Assembly (NCBI RefSeq): GCF_040139125.1
Contig: NZ_JBEEUB010000003.1
Location: forward strand, 73,504 to 105,503
Reading direction: 5' to 3'
Length of the DNA: 32,000 nucleotides
Origin: Proteus hauseri
GTDB lineage: Bacteria; Pseudomonadota; Gammaproteobacteria; Enterobacterales; Enterobacteriaceae
Position 1 is the first letter of the stretch. Every line of letters begins with the position of its first letter. Position numbers and translations under genes: made by a program. Below are positions 28,923 to 32,000 of the stretch, one piece after another. Below the pieces are notes generated by a model, which saw only the letters and a list, made by a program, of their open reading frames with translations, had not been told where the DNA came from and searched no databases.

Positions 28923-30179
28923 TCAACGAACAATAATACCTAATAGAATACCGATAACACCAAAGTCAGCATCACTAAATGTCGTATTCGCAATCCCTAT
29001 ATCGCCAAGTACTGGCAATAGGAATACAGGTAAGAACGTAATTAATAAACCTTGAGCAAATGCACCTAATATTGCACCACGGCGTCCTCCCGTTGCATTA
29101 CCAAATACACCTGCGGTTGCACCCACAAAAAAGTGTGGAACAACCCCCGGAATAATTACTGTCCAATCTAATAAATAAAGTATAAACATTCCAATAACAC
29201 CCGCGGCAAAGCTACTTAAAAAGCCAACTAATACTGCGTTTGGTGCATAAGGAAAAACAACTGGGCAATCTAAAGCAGGTTTTGCATTAGGTACCAATTT
29301 ATCTGAAATACCTTTAAATGCAGGAACAATTTCAGCAATAACCATACGGACACCTTGCAGAATGATATAAACACCCGCTGCAAAGGTAATAGATTGCATT
29401 AACGAGAACATAAACCAGTTTTTACCACCACTCACTTCACGAACAAATGCATCGCCCGCAAATAAACAAGTAATGATAAAAATAATCCCCATAGTAAAGG
29501 CGATAGCCACTGGTGTGTCACGTAAAAATAGTAAGCTTTTTGGTACATTCATCTCTTCCGTTGAATGCTCTTTATTACCAAATTTACTACCAATAAAACC
29601 AGCTAACACATACGAGATAGTTGAGAAATGCCCTAATGCAACATCATCAGAACCGGTAATTTTTTTCATATAAGGATGTGCAATAGCAGGGAAAAATACC
29701 ATTGACACCCCAACAACTAATGAACCTACCGCAACTAATACGGTGCCTTCTAAACCTGCTGTTGCCAAAATAACCGCGACCATCATCGACATAAATAGCG
29801 TGTGATGCCCCGTTAAGAAAATAAATTTCCACGGTGTTAAACGAGCAATCAAAATATTAATCAGCATGGCAAAGAACATAATCAACGCCATCTCTTTACC
29901 AAAACTTTTTTGTGCAATAGAGACTATCGCTTCGTTATTTGGCACAACACCTTGAATACCAAAAGCGTGTTGGAAAATAGTAGAGAAATCACCCAGTGAA
30001 TTAATAACCAAGCCAGCACCAGCACCTAAAATAACAAAACCCATAATGGTTTTTACTGTGCCTTTTATGCACTCTGTAACTGGTTTTTTCTGAGCAATTA
30101 AACCTATCAGTGCAATTAACCCCACTAAAATAGCAGGCTCTGAAAGCACATCACTCATTAGAAAGCGGAAAAAGTCCAT
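28923..30179 (-). CDS. PTS ascorbate-family (UlaA/SgaT-type) EIIC permease
   Basis: The 418-aa polytopic membrane ORF carries family motifs shared with E. coli UlaA as I recall it: IKGTVKTIMGF, LQGVRMVIAEIVPAFKGISDKLVPNAKPALDC, APNAVLVGF. Confidence 0.85.
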   Translation of the reverse strand: MDFFRFLMSDVLSEPAILVGLIALIGLIAQKKPVTECIKGTVKTIMGFVILGAGAGLVINSLGDFSTIFQHAFGIQGVVPNNEAIVSIAQKSFGKEMALIMFFAMLINILIARLTPWKFIFLTGHHTLFMSMMVAVILATAGLEGTVLVAVGSLVVGVSMVFFPAIAHPYMKKITGSDDVALGHFSTISYVLAGFIGSKFGNKEHSTEEMNVPKSLLFLRDTPVAIAFTMGIIFIITCLFAGDAFVREVSGGKNWFMFSLMQSITFAAGVYIILQGVRMVIAEIVPAFKGISDKLVPNAKPALDCPVVFPYAPNAVLVGFLSSFAAGVIGMFILYLLDWTVIIPGVVPHFFVGATAGVFGNATGGRRGAILGAFAQGLLITFLPVFLLPVLGDIGIANTTFSDADFGVIGILLGIIVR

Positions 30180-30189
30180 AATAGGCTCC

Positions 30190-30477
30190 TTATAGCGCGC
30201 CTAATTCACGTAATGCGGCAGAAAGTTTCTCTTTCATTGCCACTTTATCAATCATATTATCCAATGAGACAACGATTCCATTTACGGCTTGTGCATTTAA
30301 TTGTTCGGCGATATCTCGGGTGCCTACATAAATATCACTTGGAGTACCTTTTGCTGAACCTAAATCTACGTGATCAACTTCTGCATTTACCGCTAAATCT
30401 TTTAGTATGCTTTTGATGCTAATTTCCATCATCAAGCTACTTCCTAAACCATTTCCACAAACAACGGTAATTTTCAT
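30190..30477 (-). CDS. PTS EIIB component (UlaB/lactose-type IIB fold)
   Basis: The 95-aa ORF begins MKITVVCGNGLGSSLMM, which contains the active-site Cys loop typical of PTS_IIB. It lies adjacent to EIIC and EIIA. Confidence 0.85.
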   Translation of the reverse strand: MKITVVCGNGLGSSLMMEISIKSILKDLAVNAEVDHVDLGSAKGTPSDIYVGTRDIAEQLNAQAVNGIVVSLDNMIDKVAMKEKLSAALRELGAL

Positions 30478-30510
30478 TATATTCCCCTTGGTAATTTCAA
30501 TAATTGTTAA

Positions 30511-30954
30511 TTAATAGTTGTTGATAACCGCAAACACTTCAGCTTTGCTTTTGGCATTAAGTAACGCTTGAATATCTTTATCGTTATCAAATAATTCGGC
30601 TAATTTCACAATGGCATTAATATGGCTATCGTTATCTGTTGCAGCCAACACTATCAGTAGTTTCACTGGATCGTTTTCATCAGCACCAAATTCGACACCT
30701 TGCTCAACAATGGTTAAAGCTAAAGATAATTTATTAACGCCCTCTTCTGGTCGAGCATGCGGCATCGCAATGCCAGGACCTAATACATAGTATGGTCCAA
30801 TTTGTTCGTGTGATTTATAAATTGCATCGACATAGCGAGGCTCAATATAACCTTTATCGATCAATGGCTGACATGCCACTTTAATCGCTTCTCGCCAATC
30901 ACTGACATGTGAAACAACTTGCACAACATCAGGTGTTAGTAATGTTTTAAGCAT
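30511..30954 (-). CDS. PTS EIIA component (type-2, UlaC/mannitol-fructose family)
   Basis: The 147-aa ORF contains GPYYVLGPGIAMPHARPEEGV, the phosphorylatable His context (E. coli UlaC: [21 protein letters not shown]). It is the first gene of the three-gene operon. Confidence 0.85.
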   Translation of the reverse strand: MLKTLLTPDVVQVVSHVSDWREAIKVACQPLIDKGYIEPRYVDAIYKSHEQIGPYYVLGPGIAMPHARPEEGVNKLSLALTIVEQGVEFGADENDPVKLLIVLAATDNDSHINAIVKLAELFDNDKDIQALLNAKSKAEVFAVINNY

Positions 30955-31011
30955 ATTTATAACCTTAGTGAAGTATTCTTTTCGCTTTATTACTAATGAT
31001 AGTAATCATTT

Positions 31012-31027
31012 ATGGTAGCGCTATCTA
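31012..31027. promoter_or_regulatory. Candidate LacI-family operator O1 (imperfect palindrome)
   Basis: ATGGTAGCGCTATCTA has the core GGTAGCGCTATC, a one-mismatch version of the palindrome at 31047-31060. It lies in the divergent PTS/regulator intergenic region. Confidence 0.45.
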
Positions 31028-31046
31028 GATAGAAAACTCACAATTG

Positions 31047-31060
31047 TGATAGCGCTATCA
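31047..31060. promoter_or_regulatory. Candidate LacI-family operator O2 (perfect 14-bp palindrome)
   Basis: TGATAGCGCTATCA is its own reverse complement. The central CG and 14-bp length are typical of LacI/GalR-family operators. It lies 35 bp centre-to-centre from O1. Confidence 0.5.
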
Positions 31061-31182
31061 TTTTAATAAAATGTTAATTGCAGAAAATGCCAACAATTGC
31101 CACTGTATTGTTTCAGCATAATAAGAAGATTTCAGGTAGGATCTGCACCCAAGAAAATTGAGATAAACAAGTATAAAAAAGA

Positions 31183-32000
31183 ATGATAAAAACACGTAAG
31201 CGCAGAAATACAGGTCGCGTCACTTTACAAGATGTCGCCAAACATGCAGGTGTCGGTTCCATGACCGTTTCACGCGCATTGCGCACACCTGAGCTTGTTT
31301 CTGATAAATTAAGAGAAAAAGTCAACCAAGCGGTTGAAGAGCTTGGCTATATCCCTAATGCTTCAGCTGGCGCATTAGCATCAGCACAAAGTCATATTGT
31401 CTCAGTTCTTTTGCCCTCTTTTACCGATAAAGCCAGTGCTGATTTTATGCAATCATTGCAACACGTGCTTAATCGTCATCAGTATCAGATTTTAGTAGGA
31501 TGTTATGAACATCAACCCCATAAAGCGACTGATGTCATCAATATGCTGTTACAAAGTAACCCCGCAGCATTAGTCACTTTTGGGTCTCAATTAAGTGCTA
31601 CCCACTTTTTGCATATTAGTAATGCCAATGTACCTGTGGTGAGTGTTGCAAGCCAATCTAATGAACAAGCGGCTATTAGTATTGAATGCCCTTATGAGCA
31701 GGCAACTTTTGAGTTAACAGACTATTTAGTCTCCCAAGGTAAGCGTTGCATTGGTTACATTGGTGCATTGCAAGGGCAACGTTTTCATCATCAGCAAATT
31801 ACAGGCTGGTCTCGAGCTTTGCTTAAAAATTATTTAAATGCAGAGCAAAGTGTAACGACACCTGATCCTGCTTCGATGGCTTATGGACGACAAGCGCTAA
31901 CCGAAATTTTATTACGCCAACCTGAATTAGATGCGGTGATATGCAGTCATGAAAGTATTGCGTTAGGAATGATATTTGAATGCCAGCGTAGATTAATTAA
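31183..32000 (+). CDS. LacI/GntR(gluconate)-like transcriptional regulator, partial (runs off the window end)
   Basis: Translation from ATG 31183 reads MIKTRKRRNTGRVTLQDVAKHAGVGSMTVSRALRTPELVSDKLREKVNQAVEELGYIPNASAG... This is a LacI-family HTH resembling E. coli GntR/IdnR. The frame stays open to position 32000. It is absent from the ORF track because no stop codon falls within the window. Confidence 0.85.
   Translation, partial: MIKTRKRRNTGRVTLQDVAKHAGVGSMTVSRALRTPELVSDKLREKVNQAVEELGYIPNASAGALASAQSHIVSVLLPSFTDKASADFMQSLQHVLNRHQYQILVGCYEHQPHKATDVINMLLQSNPAALVTFGSQLSATHFLHISNANVPVVSVASQSNEQAAISIECPYEQATFELTDYLVSQGKRCIGYIGALQGQRFHHQQITGWSRALLKNYLNAEQSVTTPDPASMAYGRQALTEILLRQPELDAVICSHESIALGMIFECQRRLI

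Noticed and set aside
31113-31325. Minus-strand 70-aa ORF.
   Set aside because: It lies antisense to the N-terminal HTH region of the LacI-family regulator, whose plus-strand frame is clearly the real one.

Overview
This looks like a chromosomal segment from a low-GC member of the Enterobacterales. The gene order nuoC-nuoB-nuoA / lrhA / alaA-yfbR / yfbS-yfbT-yfbU-yfbV / ackA-pta (1-14186) matches E. coli K-12. The AT-richness and the protein sequences suggest Morganellaceae (Proteus or Providencia-like), but I cannot verify that here.

The conserved block ends at the pta terminator, and an accessory stretch follows with four parts:
1. A three-unit tandem cluster of hok/sok-like type I toxin-antitoxin loci (14263-15343). 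Two copies are intact and base-identical; the third is a remnant with the toxin deleted. The ORF track misses them because the toxin is only 47 aa.
2. A lipoprotein enzyme of the alanine-racemase family, probably a periplasmic broad-spectrum racemase (15339-16562).
3. A complete type I-E CRISPR-Cas locus on the minus strand, cas3-casA-casB-casC-casD-casE-cas1-cas2 (17945-26517). It is flanked by two co-oriented arrays: 18 repeats with 17 spacers (16819-17886) and 34 repeats with 33 spacers (26753-28794).
4. An ascorbate-family PTS EIIA/EIIB/EIIC operon (28923-30954) with a divergent LacI-family regulator (31183 to the window end) and two palindromic operators between them.

One orphan, AT-rich ORF of 167 aa (5960-6463) interrupts the conserved yfbR-yfbS junction.

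I found no convincing evidence for an entirely new multi-gene defence system. The CRISPR-Cas locus is a canonical I-E system. The best candidates for unannotated or under-described biology are the hok/sok-like cluster, the orphan ORF, and some structural details of the two arrays. All calls rest on reading the sequence and on remembered homologues; no searches were run.
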